From: Octopus sinensis
Taxonomy: Eukaryota
Reading direction: 5' to 3'
DNA: 64,000 nucleotides
Assembly: GCF_006345805.1 (NCBI RefSeq)
Contig: NW_021836137.1
Coordinates: forward strand, 136,884-200,883
The first letter of the stretch is position 1; each line of letters starts with the position of its first letter. Positions 38,701 through 52,485 of the stretch are shown piece by piece. A model generated the notes under the pieces. The model was not told the DNA's origin, searched no databases, and worked only from the letters and a program-made list of their open reading frames with translations. A program made the position numbers and the translations under genes.

Positions 38701-40846
38701 AATCTTACAGATATGTCAGTACCTATGTATATGTGTAGATTAAATACGTCTGCTGAAAGTTTATACAAAGAATTACACAGATTAAGTTTAAAATGGAACT
38801 GCTGTATAAAATTAAATTATAAAAGCTTAGATATTGGAATCATTTTATTTTCTATTGTCAATGTAAAAATAAACTAATACAAAAACTTACAAGACAAAAT
38901 AATTATTGTCGACTGAAGAAGTTCACTAAATAAGAGCCAACCATGTTATTATAAAGATATTCATAAACTAATACCATTGGTCTATACAAAAATTGACTGA
39001 ATTTATACAAAAACATAAAGACATTCAAACTTTTAACATTCCCAAAGCAAAACAGACATAATCTACTTGAAGTTTTACCATATATAATAGAAAAAAATAT
39101 TTGGCTATCTAAACATTTTGGAAAGGAAACAAGCATTAATCTCAGTAAAAGACATGACAGAATCTAAGGAAAATATGTGAAACAAAGCACTAAGCTTCAC
39201 TATTGCCATCAATTCTGTTCTGTTTGATATTGAGCTGATTTTGAATAAGTAAAATGAGATAAATGGTCTGTGCAACACATCGAGCTATAACCTATAAATC
39301 TAAAAGTGAACATCTTATTCATTCAGCCATTCTGACTTTATATTTGTATATCACATGTCAATTGTGATACAAAGTGGTGAACAGTAATATATATGAAACT
39401 GCTAAACTACTATGTCCGAAGTTAATAGATGTATGAAACTAATAAATTATGCTGTAGGAATTATCTAGAGTTCAGCATATAAAAATTATAGGTTATTCTT
39501 CTGAAACTAATGTTTTATTGAAATAGAACTAGGTTTGTTCTACAGCTATCTTTAAGTGCTATTTTCACTTAGAGCTTAAAATAATTTACTTCCACATAAT
39601 CATATCCAAGTAATCATTGGTCTTTAACCTTTACTGCAAACTTTTGAGATATTAGGAGACTATAGTTTTTTTCTGTTACTTATCCACAGAACTATTTTCA
39701 AACCATTTTTTAATGTTTTATCAGGTATGTTTAGAAATTTTGGTATTTGTACAAAATATTAAAGCAAATGTTTTGTAACTGGATTCTTTTAATACTAACC
39801 AAAGACAAATAAGAAGTAATTATTTATGTGGATAAAATATACAATAGGTGAATAAAACTATCCAAAGATATATATAAATTTCTTTATTCACTTCAGTGAA
39901 ACATTTTAGACTACATACATAACTAGTCATGTTTTCTCTTGTTACACAGAGACCATTGACTTTTCCAAGGTATATCTCAATCACTGAAGTTGAAAAGATA
40001 TGTATTAATTTTCAATACAATAATAGTTACATTGTTCTGTATTAGAGACTTAGGTTTCAAATAAAACTGTGAGCATCTTTTACATTTAAAATTCAAGCTA
40101 TCATACGATTCCTTGATCTGCTAGACATACCAACCAAATTTCTTTCAAATGTTAAAATGGATTAGGATGATCATAACTGTAATACTCATGCTCAAATCAA
40201 TCAAGGGTAGATTCGGAACTAAGCAGCAAGCAAAGCATTCTTTTTTTTTTTTTTGGACTTCTTATTTTAAATCAATGAAATGATAAAATGCAAACAATAA
40301 AAACAAAGCCACTACTGAAAGGATACCTTTTTATGCCTGAAAGATTTTGCTCATACCATTGACTTGCTAACATTGTCATGTTAAATTGATATTGACCAGG
40401 TTCTTAGTTAGTCTAAATACTCATTTTTTTTTGCTGGCGAAACAACGAAGTGAAATACCTTGCACAATAACACAATGCACCCCCTGGACTGGGAGTTGAA
40501 CCCATGACAATATGTTTGGGTGCCCAGTTGTCTAAACAATTAATTACTCAGAAAACGAAGACTATTAAAAATATTGTACTGTAAAAGTAGAGGTTACTGG
40601 TTACACTTGATGTCAAACCTAGTTTCAAAGAATTTTCGTTACTAAAATTTAATTTATGTTATCAGAAGTAAAGGTGTTATGAATATATTGATTAAATATG
40701 TCCAATTTGAAATTATAAATATATTTGTGATCTTGATAGATATCTTCCATAGTTAACAAAAACAGTTTTGTCAGATAGAAAAATACTTAAATAATATTAG
40801 AACCCATAAAAATTCCTTAACCGAGGTTTTTTCTTTTTTATTAAAG

Positions 40847-40894
40847 AAATTAATATCACAGCCTATCTAGAAAGATGGCAATATTTTTTTAGAG
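40847..40894 (+). CDS. candidate 48-nt exon (INITAYLERWQYFFR)
   Basis: acceptor ttttttcttttttattaaag with TTCCTTAAC at 40813-40821, donor GAG|GTAAGT; only one frame is open. Confidence 0.25.
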
Positions 40895-43329
40895 GTAAGT
40901 TATAAATCAACATTTACTCTGAAGTGGCAGAATGTTCTAAGATTTGTTCTGACTTGTTCTGTATAATAATAAAATTTGAAAAACTAAAATGCAATAGATC
41001 AAAGGAAATGAACTGAAATTTGAGTTTTAATACTAAATAAATGAATAGACCAGAAATGTTAATTTTACATATAAAAGCTAACATTCCCGTATGAACTTAT
41101 ATTACTTTGTAACGATTATAAAATTCAAGTGTCAAAGACTTATGAATGCTATTTCAATTTTAAATTTGAAAGTCATAGAATTGCTGTGAAACTAGTTATA
41201 TATCAAGAAAGATAAATTAATTTTTAAGTTAAAATGATTTTCAAAAGATTCCTATAAATCTTTTCACTTTACATAAATTGCTTTAAGCTGGAACAGGTTT
41301 GATTATTCAAGGAATTCCAAATGTTTTCTATAAATTGTTAGAGCTTATATTATACTGCAGGATACTTCTGCAAGATACTCAGCCACAGCTAAGTGCAATA
41401 TATATACTTTTTTAACTAAATTTAAGTATGCTGATAACAATAGTGATACATATATTTTTTTCTAGAATGTAACACAATTCTAGTAGAATAAACCAATCTT
41501 AAAACTTTCATATGTAGACTGAAATTATAATAATTCATATCACATGCTGCTACATCCAATGAATTCACCAACTTACATATCAAATCTTTACATTTCAATG
41601 CAAAAAATGATGTGTTAATGTATAATGAATTAGTGCAAATATTTTGACAAAAAATATTTCTATTGGATGCTGATACGATATAATAACATAAAAAAAAATT
41701 ATTCTGTGTTAAAACTACTCAAGCATTATAAAAAGCGAGACACAAAATTCTTCAGCACTATAATTGAGGAAATAAAAATGAAGGCACTTTATGTGTGTAA
41801 GAATAGAAGAATTTGAAGCAATGGAACACCTGATTTATCAATAAGACACTGTTCCAAACACATGATATTCTCAATAAGGGCAACACGTACAGAGAAATTT
41901 CCTAGTAAGAAATTTCAGTAAACATGTTGCTCTTTATTTCCTTCTGGGAAATTTCAATCATAGGATAAAAGTAGAAATTAATGGTATTAGCAGAATGATA
42001 ACATTTAGTTAATATATATATATTCGTCATTTTTATACAATTTCTATATTGATATGGGTCAGACAAAATTTGCAGAGGTAAATTTTCTATAAACAGATGC
42101 TCTTCCTGTCACCAACACTCACCTGTTTTTCTATAGCCAGATATATTTCCCAATAAACAGACATATTTACAGGGAAACTTGGAAAGAAAGACCATCACCT
42201 GCATGACAGTGAAACTTGCTTACTATAATCATGTGATATTAAAGCAAGGAGACAGTAACAAACACATAAATAATAGGCTTCTTTCAGTTTCTGTTGAAAC
42301 ATCCATTCACAAGTTTTTGATCAGCCCTGAACTATAGTAGAACACACACATACTCAAGTATGGTAATGAAAACAGGGAAACTAGATCTCGGCACACTAAA
42401 CTAGAACCAATGTATTTTTAAATTTAGCTTTAAAGCTACCAAAGTTACAGATTTATGACAGATTTATGTGTTGCATTTTCCAAATTTGATAAGTGCAATA
42501 TGTGAAACTCTCACTTCTTGAGACACTTATATAGCTAAATAAAGATACAAATACCCACCCATTTATATATAATCATCATCATGTAATGTTCACTTTTCCA
42601 TGCTAGCATGGGTCAGACAGAATATACTGCGACAGATTTTCTATGGCAGAGTGCCTCATCTGTTTCCAAACAAGGTAATATTTTCCTATGACCAGACATA
42701 CATTTGACAGAATAATCTGAATGCTAAAAGGTTAAGTCAGTCAAAGCTAGGCTTGGGGACTAAACAACATAATTAAGCAGGCATACTTTTCTCTAGAAAT
42801 TTATTAAAATCCGATATGACTTCCAATGAATAATGTAAGAGACAAATACTAAGAAAATTTTTTTATACATTGGAAAATCTAGTAATTAATTATTAATTTG
42901 ATAAGAATTCGATATGGCTGTTACTGATTTGAGAAGATAAACAAGTCATTAATTGATCAATATTTTCAATAAGTAAAATTTCAATTAGTGTTTTGACAAG
43001 TCATTACAAAGAAATCTGATCTCCTGAATTTTAAATTCAATAATTTTCCATAAGACCCAATTTCCTGTATAATTTTATGAAGTCCCATTTACTTTATTTA
43101 TCATGAATCCATATGTGGTTACTTGATTTGTTATGAATAGTAGCTACATAGCTTTCAAATCATAACTTAATATCTTCAAAATGGAAGGACATATAGAATA
43201 ATGTAATCCTAAATGTCAGAAAAAAGGTGGTCACACAAAGAACGACTTTGATCATAGGTCTGCATAGTTATGGCATATCAGGAGTGAAAATATCAAAAGT
43301 CACATAGGTTACACAGTGGAACAATGTAC

Positions 43330-43905
43330 ATGTGGGTAATGTCAGTGTGCATGTATGACAGAGTGTAAATCATTTAAGAGAAAGATTGGGTATGTGAGGC
43401 ATCAGAAGTAGTGTGCAAGAGAGAAGACTGTGATAGTATGGTCATGTGATGTATACGGATGAGGACAGCTGCATTAAGAAGTATTGATCTTTAATTGGGG
43501 AGGGAACATGTAGAAGGGGTAGACCTAGGGAAGACATGGGACAAAGTGATGAGAAAGGATCATCACATGATGGGCTTCACAGAGGAAATGACAAAGGACT
43601 GAGACTGTCTATGCATACAGGCATGTCCTCTATATCCCTCTCAGCCAAAAGATCATAGTCTTGCAGGCTTATGGGTGCTGGTGCCATGTAAAAGGACCCA
43701 TACTGACACCACATAAAGGCACCCATGCCAGTGTCATATAAAAGCACCCAGTACACTCTGTAAAGTAGTTGGTATTAGAAAGGGGATCTAACCATGTCAA
43801 AGGAGACAAATGGAGGCTGAGCAGCTCTTCAGCTGGCCAGCTCCTGTCAAACCATCCAATTCATGCCAGCATGGACAACGGATGTTAAATAGTACTGATG
43901 AGGAT
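43330..43905 (+). mobile_element. 5'-truncated RTE-clade LINE (C-terminus plus 3' UTR)
   Basis: YGHVMYTDEDSCIKK..EGTCRRGRP.KTWDKVMRKDHHMMGFTEEMTKD-like reading, then a UTR ending in ACGGATGTTAAAT..GATGA. Confidence 0.85.
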
Positions 43906-44977
43906 GATAATAGTGAAATAATGTAGATGATTGTGAACTTACTTAGATGTTATCTTATTTCACAATTCAAACCCCAGCAAAAGCAACTTTATATTCAAGG
44001 AATACCCATTAATTCTGCTAAATATATCTCCTTTCTTCACAATGCTGATACTTCTCCAGGTCAAAAGAAATAATTGTAGTGGACATGAAGAAAATTTCTT
44101 TAGTCCTTACATACATCTGCTGTTCAAACGTCTAGCTTTGTTTCTTTATGTATTCCTAATGAGTAACTCATAAAAATTTTAGGAGTTAATCATTTTATAA
44201 GGGATGTTGTTGGTTGTTGAGTTTTTTGTGCATGTTTTTATTTTGTGTATTTTTTTTTTGTTTTTTAACTGGTTTGATCTGGATGAATGTCCTTTGCAAG
44301 CCCACTGTATTCAGCGAAGATCTATGTGGATGGTGCTCCTCTTGAATACCAATAAGTTAAAGGTAGTAACATAAACATGGGAACAGAGGAAATTTCAGTT
44401 TGCTGACATTCAGGAGAGAGAAAGTTTGAGGCCTGAGGAGCGTTGTGGCAGTATGTTTAGAGATTAGACAGTTGATTTGTAATATTTCATTCTTGAATCC
44501 AATCAACAACTACAATATTTGATTATAGTATTAATTTTATCAACTTGATAAGATGAAAGGTTAAATTGAGCTTAATGACATTCTAAATCATCTCTATAGT
44601 TTCCATATTTGATATCAGCATAAAGCCTACTACATTGCCAAGTAGTTTAAAAAGAGCATTATTTTGCTTCATTATTGAATATTTCAAGTTACATATTTCA
44701 AAAATACTTTTGTTATAATGTTTGCATTTTCATTGTTGTAACTGTATGGAAGACGACATCTATTGCAAAGTATTATGATTTGATTTGATTCTTAAAATTA
44801 TTTGATTATCTATTGTGTTTATTCAAAACTTGCAAACAAATATTTGCTCACCTTACGTAGATAAGATATATGTTTATAGATGGATATCATATGACTTTAA
44901 AATATTGGTACTTGGAAATTTCGTGAAATCATATATCTTTCAAATCCAAATCTTCACCTGTTTGAATTATTTATATC

Positions 44978-45330
44978 ATATCATCATCATTTAACATCTG
45001 TCTTCCATGCATGCATGGGTAAGACAGTTGACAGGGGTGAGCCAGATAGAAAACTACCCTAGGCGACTATGTCTGTTTTGGCAAGGTTTTTACAGCTGGA
45101 TACCCTTTCTAATATCATCCACTCTGCAGAGTAGACTCAGTGCTTTTCCAGGACATTAGCACAGGTGAGGTTAGTTTTGGCATGATTTTTACAACTGGAT
45201 GCTCTTACAAATGTCAACCACCTTACAGTGTGGGCTGGATGCTTTTTACGTGGCACAGCATTGGCAGGAACACCAAGTAACTCGCAAGACAAGGAATAAT
45301 GAGAGGGGCAAAGGTATCTGAGAAGGGGAA
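44978..45330 (-). mobile_element. RTE-like 3' UTR/tail
   Basis: CATCATCATTTAACATCTGTCTTCCATGC..ACAGCTGGATACCCTTTCTAAT, reverse of the 43640-43905 family. Confidence 0.75.
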
Positions 45331-45825
45331 ATTGTGTCAGAGGCTGAAAAGTTAGAGTGACAAAGAGGCAGAGGCAGAAACAGGTGTCTTGCTATAATCG
45401 AGGGAGCATTGGAGGAGATGATCTGGTTTTAGATGATGAAAGGTTAGGGTGTGACATAGAAATAGAGAGGCACAAATTGCTAGTGTGAAAATTACAAAAT
45501 AACATAGGCAGCTATACACAATATAAAATCAAAAAGAAAAAATTCAATTGTCACTAATTGTAACAGAGGGTGCTAGGTAGCACCTATATTGCCAGAAGTA
45601 AGAGTTAAATCCTTAGAACTACAAGGAAGCATATTTTCATATACTGACAGGGGAGATAACTATCCTATAAGCAAAACTAGAACACTGGACTAGACTAATT
45701 TCATTGGAAGAATTGCAGACTCATCACCAGTAACTATTCCATAACTGAATGGCTTCACTAAATCCAGATGGTCAGTATATATATTTACCGTATAAATTCA
45801 TAGGTGAGTTAGAAAAATGCTAGTG

Positions 45826-45868
<43 letters not shown>

Positions 45869-47063
45869 TTACACTAGTGAAATGTCAATTTTCGAAGAAC
45901 GTTCTATTATTTTAATAGTGAAAGTATTATATGAGATTAATGAAACTGCTTTGTAAAATCCGGAGATTGAAAAGAATTCTACATGCACTCTACTACTCAA
46001 CCTATTCAATCAATGCTAGAAATAATTTGTCAAAATTTCAAATAAACTTTTTCACTGGCTAATAATTATATCCTAAATGTTATCTTCACTATAATCATCA
46101 ACAGTTTAATGGTCCGCTTTATGCCAATGTATGTTAGATGGCTGTGCATAATAAGCTCTCTCATTTGGGTAATAATTATAAATAAAAATAGGAAATGAAA
46201 TAATTATCGAGAAATACACTGGTATTCAAGTGTTAATTCTTTATTTCATTAATTAGTTAATTTCATTAACTAATTGAATTTTTTCCCCAAAAAAATAAGG
46301 ATGGTGGATGATGAAATCATAAATCAGTTTAGATCAGTAATAAAACTACGCATATAGTTTTTTTTTATCATTTAATTGCTAAAAAAAATCCTATTTGAAG
46401 TCTGCCAATCTATAACACAAAAATAAATAAGAAATAACAATCTCAGTTTCATTTTAAAATAGTTTAGCCATATTTGCATGCGTGTATCTGTCAGAATTTT
46501 CAAAAAGCCTCAAGAAATATCAGAGTCTACAAATGTATGAATCATTAGGGCACATCATGTAAACTGACCAATTTATAAAAGAGTACAGCTATGAGCTTTA
46601 TCAGCAAAACTGAAATGAGAGTTGACAAGAATTTTTCTAGATAAAATAGTCCCAAGGTATCAAAATTTAGTCAACCTTCAAGAGAAATAAGTATTAACTA
46701 CATTGCCAAGTATATCATCAAACATAATCACAGCTGTAGTCAGAGCTATGAATATATCATTTTACAAAATATATGAAGAAATTAATTTCAAGGATCTAGA
46801 GCACAAGTCTATGAGTGCTAGATAAACATCAAGAGTTTCATTGATTGACTGATGAAAGAAACAATACTGTTAAAAAGTTAAAAATTATTGTGATCCCTAG
46901 TCAGTAGTTAATGGAGATAGGGCTTCCTCTGCTTGTTTCATGTAGAATAATGTGTTTGTGTGTGTTTGTTTGTGTGTGTGCACATGCATTGTTAGCATAA
47001 CTCCTAAAGGAGTTCTTGAAGAATATTATTTTCTCTCTCATCTTATCATGGATAATTTTACTA

Positions 47064-47420
47064 TTCATCATCATCATCGTCCATTTTCCATGCTGGCATG
47101 GGTTGGATAGCTTGACTGGAGCTGACCAGTCAAGGATCTGTCCAGACTCCAATTATATGTTGTGGCATGGTTTCTAGAGCTGGATGCCTTTCCAAATGCC
47201 AACCACTTTACTGAGTGTGCAGAGTGCTTTTTACATACCACCAGCATAGATGCGGTCATGCAGTACCAGCATGAGTGGATTTTATGTGGCACTGGCACCT
47301 GTAAAGGATAAGCCTGTATTTATGGATGGCAGTGATTTCACTTGGCTTGACATATTTTCTCAAGTACAGCACATCATCACAACTCCCAGTTCCTTTTCAT
47401 TTCCTCAGTGAGGCCCAGTG
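47064..47420 (-). mobile_element. RTE-like 3' UTR/tail
   Basis: CATCATCATCGTCC.TTTTCCATGCTGGCATGGGTTGGATAGCTTGACTGGAGCTG..GGATGCCTTTCC..CCAACCACTTTAC. Confidence 0.8.
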
Positions 47421-47714
47421 TTAGCTTGCATATATCTCTCCTTTTAATAATTCACAAGAGAATGTAAATTCTGCAAAGCAAAGTAATGAAACAGGAGTCA
47501 GTGACAGAGCTCTTTACTGAAAAACAGATGATTCAGAAGTTTGCCTTACAACCACAATGTCCCATGTTCAATCCTGCTGTTGCCATCTTAGACAAATGTC
47601 ATTTTCTATACCCTTTGTTTAACTCCAACATTGTGAACAAAAACATAGGGGGCAGAAACTGTACAACCCAGCTACAATTATCCAGTTGATGTTTAAACAA
47701 GCTATTTAGTATTG

Positions 47715-48120
47715 GTACAGTTATGATTATGTGGTTAAGTTTGCTTCCCAACAATTTTGGTTTCAGGTTTAGTCCCACAGCATGGCACCTTGGACAATCC
47801 TCTTCTACTATGAGTGAATTTGGTAAATGGAAACTGAAAGAAGTAAGTTGTGTGTATGTGCATGTTCATGTCTCTCTCTCGCTCTCTCTCTCTTCATTTT
47901 GACACTGCATAATGGTTGCAAATGAGTGTCACTGTCACAAAAACAGTATCATTCATCTCTAATCTTCCATGAAACCATGTTTAATCATGAGAAAATATTA
48001 CCTGGCTCAAAAGTGAATGAGAGTTAGTAAAAGGATAGGTATCTGGCCATAGAAAATCTGCATCAACAAATTCCTTATGAACTTTGCATGGAAAAATGAA
48101 TGTCATGATGATGATGGTGG
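47715..48120 (+). mobile_element. decayed SINE
   Basis: GTGGTTAAGTTTGCTTCCCAAC..AGTCCCACAGCATGGCACCTTGGAC head. Confidence 0.65.
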
Positions 48121-48469
48121 TGTGTATTGGTTTTTCAGAAGCAGTTAGAAGATTTAACATTGGAAATAATGTGTGAAGAGAATTGTTGTAACAAATTAAT
48201 AAATAAATGGGAATTTTGCTTTTGTGTTTTTTTAAAACTATTTTGCTGGAAAGTCTAATATCAGTATGCTTTTTGTTATCTTATTAATCTGGAGAGAGAG
48301 AAAAATGAATATGTGGAAAAAAATATCTTCAGAAATATAGGACAAATTAATTATATTAAGTCATAGCTTTAATCTCATCATCTTTCAGTTTTTCCTATTT
48401 TAGCTAGTTTTTATTTATATATTCCTAGTTCTATCAGCTGCCCAGTCTAGCATTTTTCACCTGCTTTAG

Positions 48470-48690
48470 TACTCTCTCTCTCTCTCTCTCTCTCTCACCT
48501 ACCTTAGTACTCTCTCTCTCTCCCTCACTCTCACATACATATCAGTTATTACAAAAAAAACAAATCACTCTTGACATTCTACTACTATATTCTTCAAGAC
48601 CACTCCAGTCAGTCTCTCTGTTTCTCTCTCTATCTCTCTCTCCCTCCCTATCTCTTACTCTCTCTCCCTATGCTGTTCTCTCTCTCTTTT
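48470..48690. repeat. CT-rich tract with a local duplication
   Basis: CACCTGCTTTAGTACTCTCTC / CACCTACCTTAGTACTCTCTC. Confidence 0.85.
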
Positions 48691-49299
48691 TCCTGACTTC
48701 ATTTGTTTCATGAGTACCAAAAGGCATACTTATGTGGTTAAGAAGTTCTTATATGGTTTCCAGTTCAATCCTATTCCTAATTATAAGCTAAAAGTTGTTA
48801 ATTCATTTCAAATTAGCCTCTTATTTTAAGAGTAATGAATGGGACAATATGTTCCTTTGTGTAGAAATATATAGCAATGTGAAGTTTGATGTTGACATTT
48901 ACCACACTTTTATGTCTATACATTTACCCCACTACCATCTTTTGTGCCTCTACACAACCACTATTTCATAATTCTGTAAACGATCTTCAAGTTGTAGCCA
49001 TCTGTACTGAATAGCCCTTGATTTAACGCATTGTCTCCATTCTAAGATATACAGAAATAAAAAATCCAGAAAAATAAATTTTGTAGTTTTTCTTTCTCTC
49101 TATATCTTTATACTTCTCTATCTTCACAACTTGCTTAGTCTACTTTTTCTGGTGTCCTCCACTGCATGTTATTTTATTTCTTCTTTCTATAACAGAGACA
49201 TTATCAAAGCATTGCTTTGCAAACTCAGCTTAGAGAAAGTTCATTGTCATTCTGTAACATTTGAAGAGTCCAGGATGTTGTTAAACAAGTTAAACTGAT

Positions 49300-49512
49300 C
49301 TAATGAAGAAGTCTAAGTGGTCATTTGACCTACTACAATCATCAACAAAATCTCCCTCAAGTTACACTTTAACATCTTAAAAAAGGAAATACATTTTACA
49401 ACACAGTCTTACATAGAATATTTGAAAAAAGACAATGATTGTCATGCGTGGAATATCCACGATTGAGCATGATAGGTCTGCAAGGTCAATACTGGGGATT
49501 AAACAACAACAA
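49300..49512 (+). mobile_element. LINE-tail-like interspersed repeat ending in (AAC)n
   Basis: AAGTGGTCATTTGACCT..GATAGGTCTGC..GGGGATTAAACAACAACAA; related decayed pieces at about 8380-8450, 29400-29540, 43150-43270. Confidence 0.45.
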
Positions 49513-51069
49513 GGTAAATACATCCTTCTAGGTGTGAGACCAGAACTTTATAGCGAAAAATGTTTAACAAGTGAATGCCAAAATATTCAATTTACAGCAA
49601 TTTTAAATTAATTCATTTATTACCAACATAACTGGTATATGGTGTTTGATATTCATGTAATCTATCCTATTATATTAATCAGATGAAAGTCAACTGCCAA
49701 TTGTCTAGTTTCATACTGATTAAAATACTCAGGGGAAATCTCTGAGACGATATCAAAAGCTTTTAAATATTTTATCATTCTCCATTAAATGTTCTTTCTA
49801 AATGTTTATCGCTAAACAAGGTAACATATCAAAGTTGACATGATAAGCAACAGAATGTATCATATTTCTTTGGAGGATAAAGTATATTATTAATAACAAA
49901 ATTGATCAGATATGAACAAGAAATGAGCTAAACATATAAATACAGTAGAAATCCACATGGTCATCAGATAATTCTATAGGTCATAACTCTGCTGTTATCC
50001 TTTCACCATAAATCAGCAGTGCATAGGTCATTTGTTGACAATATATGTCTAAAGCAGTATTGTAGATCTGCTCATCTGTAACCAAGTATCCATACAAAAG
50101 TGATAACGATATTTCTTATTTGTATTCAGGATAATTGTTAGTTGCAAAGACTACATCATTGTGTCACGAACACATTGTGTTATTATTTGATATATAGTTA
50201 GAGAGTCAAGTAATTTCCTCATATCAAGTCAATAGAATCAACATTGAAAGGGAAAAGTGATAAGAGGAGTTAGTTGCCAGTTCATAGAATTATTAAAGCA
50301 TGAGGCTAGGTAGATTCTGTTTAGCAGAAGGCTAAATAGCACTTAGGTATTGCTGTTGAGGAAGTCCACTATTCATTATTAGATAGAATGATGATAAAAC
50401 AGATAAACATAAAAGAGTGAATGAAGTTGTGGGGATTGAACAAACAAAAGTTCATTCAATCAGCCATTACATGTCATATATTACAACTTCTCAGTAATTG
50501 TATGTAGATGCATGACACAACATGAGCAGATAGTCATGGAGTTTCTGGGTTGCTTACACTTCAGAGTTTCCATTTTAAACATACTGAAATGATCCGAAAG
50601 AAAGATATTAAACGTATTATTTGGAGAGGCAATGGAGTGCTTGTAACAAAGGATGTACAAACACATGTCGATCATTAATTTTACAAAATAGATATAGTGT
50701 ATACCACTGGAAGTGAAAGGCTACACTCAACAAAAAGCTCTATCTGAAATAATAAATTTGTTTCTCTACGCAATGCATCAACGTATTCAACATTTGATCT
50801 CTAATTGAATTCTTTGTTTGTTGGAGGGTTAGGATTGGGGGGGGGGATATTTTTAGGAGGGGGTGGGGGTCTGAGTTGATTCAGACAATTATTACTTCGC
50901 TCTAAGTCTAAAGCTTTCAAAAGTTTTAATAAATCTAGGTGGCTACATTTTTCAGACCCATCACAAAATTTTAATCAGAGGGCAATCTACAGTAATTACT
51001 TTGTCTCATCACTTCCAAATTACATAATATTCTACCAATTGTATTTATTTAAAATCAGCATCAAATACA

Positions 51070-51350
51070 TAGATGCAGGCAAGGCTGTGTGATAAGAAGT
51101 TTACTTCTTAACCACATAGTTTTAAATTCAGTGCCATGAAGCCTGTCATACGCCACCTTGGAAAGCAGACATTAAATGAGTGTATGTTTGCCCCTCTACC
51201 CCACTGTTACCACCATTTGACAACCAATGCTAGTTTATTTACATCCCATTAGTAGTTAGGCAAAAGAGACAATAGTAAAAGTACTAGGCTTTAAAAAATA
51301 ACTAGTGGGATTTATTCATTCAACTAAAACCCTTCAAGACAATGCCTCAG
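51070..51350 (+). mobile_element. SINE
   Basis: GGCAAGGCTGTGTGATAAGAAGTTTACTTCTTAACCACA head and AAAGTACTAGGC tail. Confidence 0.7.
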
Positions 51351-52099
51351 CTCTGTCACAGTCTAATAACAAAAGCAAGTAAGAGATAAAAGAAATATAT
51401 ATTTCTTTTATTAGCAAAGACAACACGAGTTTTTAACAATCTCATGGTACAAAATTTTAAGACAACTAATAAGAATTTGTGGTAATATAACGTTTTTGTA
51501 AGTTCAAACAAAATCAAAGAACTGGCCACACTTAACTCACATTTCATTATTAATTACATTTATCAGATAATTACATGATAATTTAAAAAAGAAATACCTA
51601 ATATTTCAGCAGTAGCAACATTTTAAATATCATTTCCAAAAAAATCTATCACTTTTTATTTTGATTATTATTACTATTATTATTTAATCAGAACAGCAAT
51701 GGCTTGGTAGAATCAGTAAGTTATTGGTTTATATGCAGTTTCTCCTCTCAACAAAGCTTTTTACGGTTCATCTCTTTTGACTTCCAAGGTCTTTCAATTT
51801 CTCATTAAAAGAACTTCAGCAAGTGTATACAATGTTATTGATGCAGTTCATATGTTATGTTCTAGCTACTCTTGAACACAGTTGAAATTATATAAAGAAT
51901 CTGAAAAATATTAAATTACTTTTTAACACATCTCTATAGCTATAAATGTATTGAATTTTCTTAGACAGGTTCAGACACTGTGAAATTACATAGGTTTAAC
52001 TTCTACTTTGTGCTTAAAGGTAGCTAAGTATTATATAAAGGAATGGATACTTGTTATCTGAAAAATGTATCTTTCAAATGACACATTCCTGAGGGTCTT

Positions 52100-52485
52100 T
52101 TATTTTTTACTTGTTTCAATCACTGGGCTGTGGCCATGCTGGGGCACTATTTTGGAGGGTTTAGTTGAACAAATCAACCCAGGACTCACTTATTATATCA
52201 GCCTCTTTTGCCAAACTGCTAAGTTATAAACAAACCAACACCACTAATCAACTGGTGATGAGAGAAAAAAACATGCACACACACACACAAAGATATATGC
52301 ACACCATAAAGATACATGCAAACACATAGTTGTATATAAATACATGTGACATGCCTCTGTCTACCAAATCCACTCACAAGGCTTTGGTCTGCCTGGGGCT
52401 ACGGTAGAAGAGCAAGATGTCATGCAGTGGGACTGAACCCAGAACTATGTGGCTGAGAGGCAAAATTCTTACTACACAGCCACTG
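52100..52485 (-). mobile_element. SINE (59250 family)
   Basis: TACTTGTTTCAATCACTGGGCTGTGGCCATGCTGGGGCAC..CAGTGGGACTGAACCC..TACTACACAGCCAC. Confidence 0.85.

Noticed and set aside
40318-40326. U12-type donor GTATCCTTT on the minus strand; TTCCTTAAC 9-mers at about 22846 and 40813 on the plus strand
   Set aside because: Donor and branch motifs are on different strands with no matching partner; about one such 9-mer is expected by chance in AT-rich DNA of this size.
12903-42467. Several 9-15 bp tandem duplications (12903, 19939, 34282, 37123, 42447)
   Set aside because: These are ordinary slippage products with no shared sequence or spacing.
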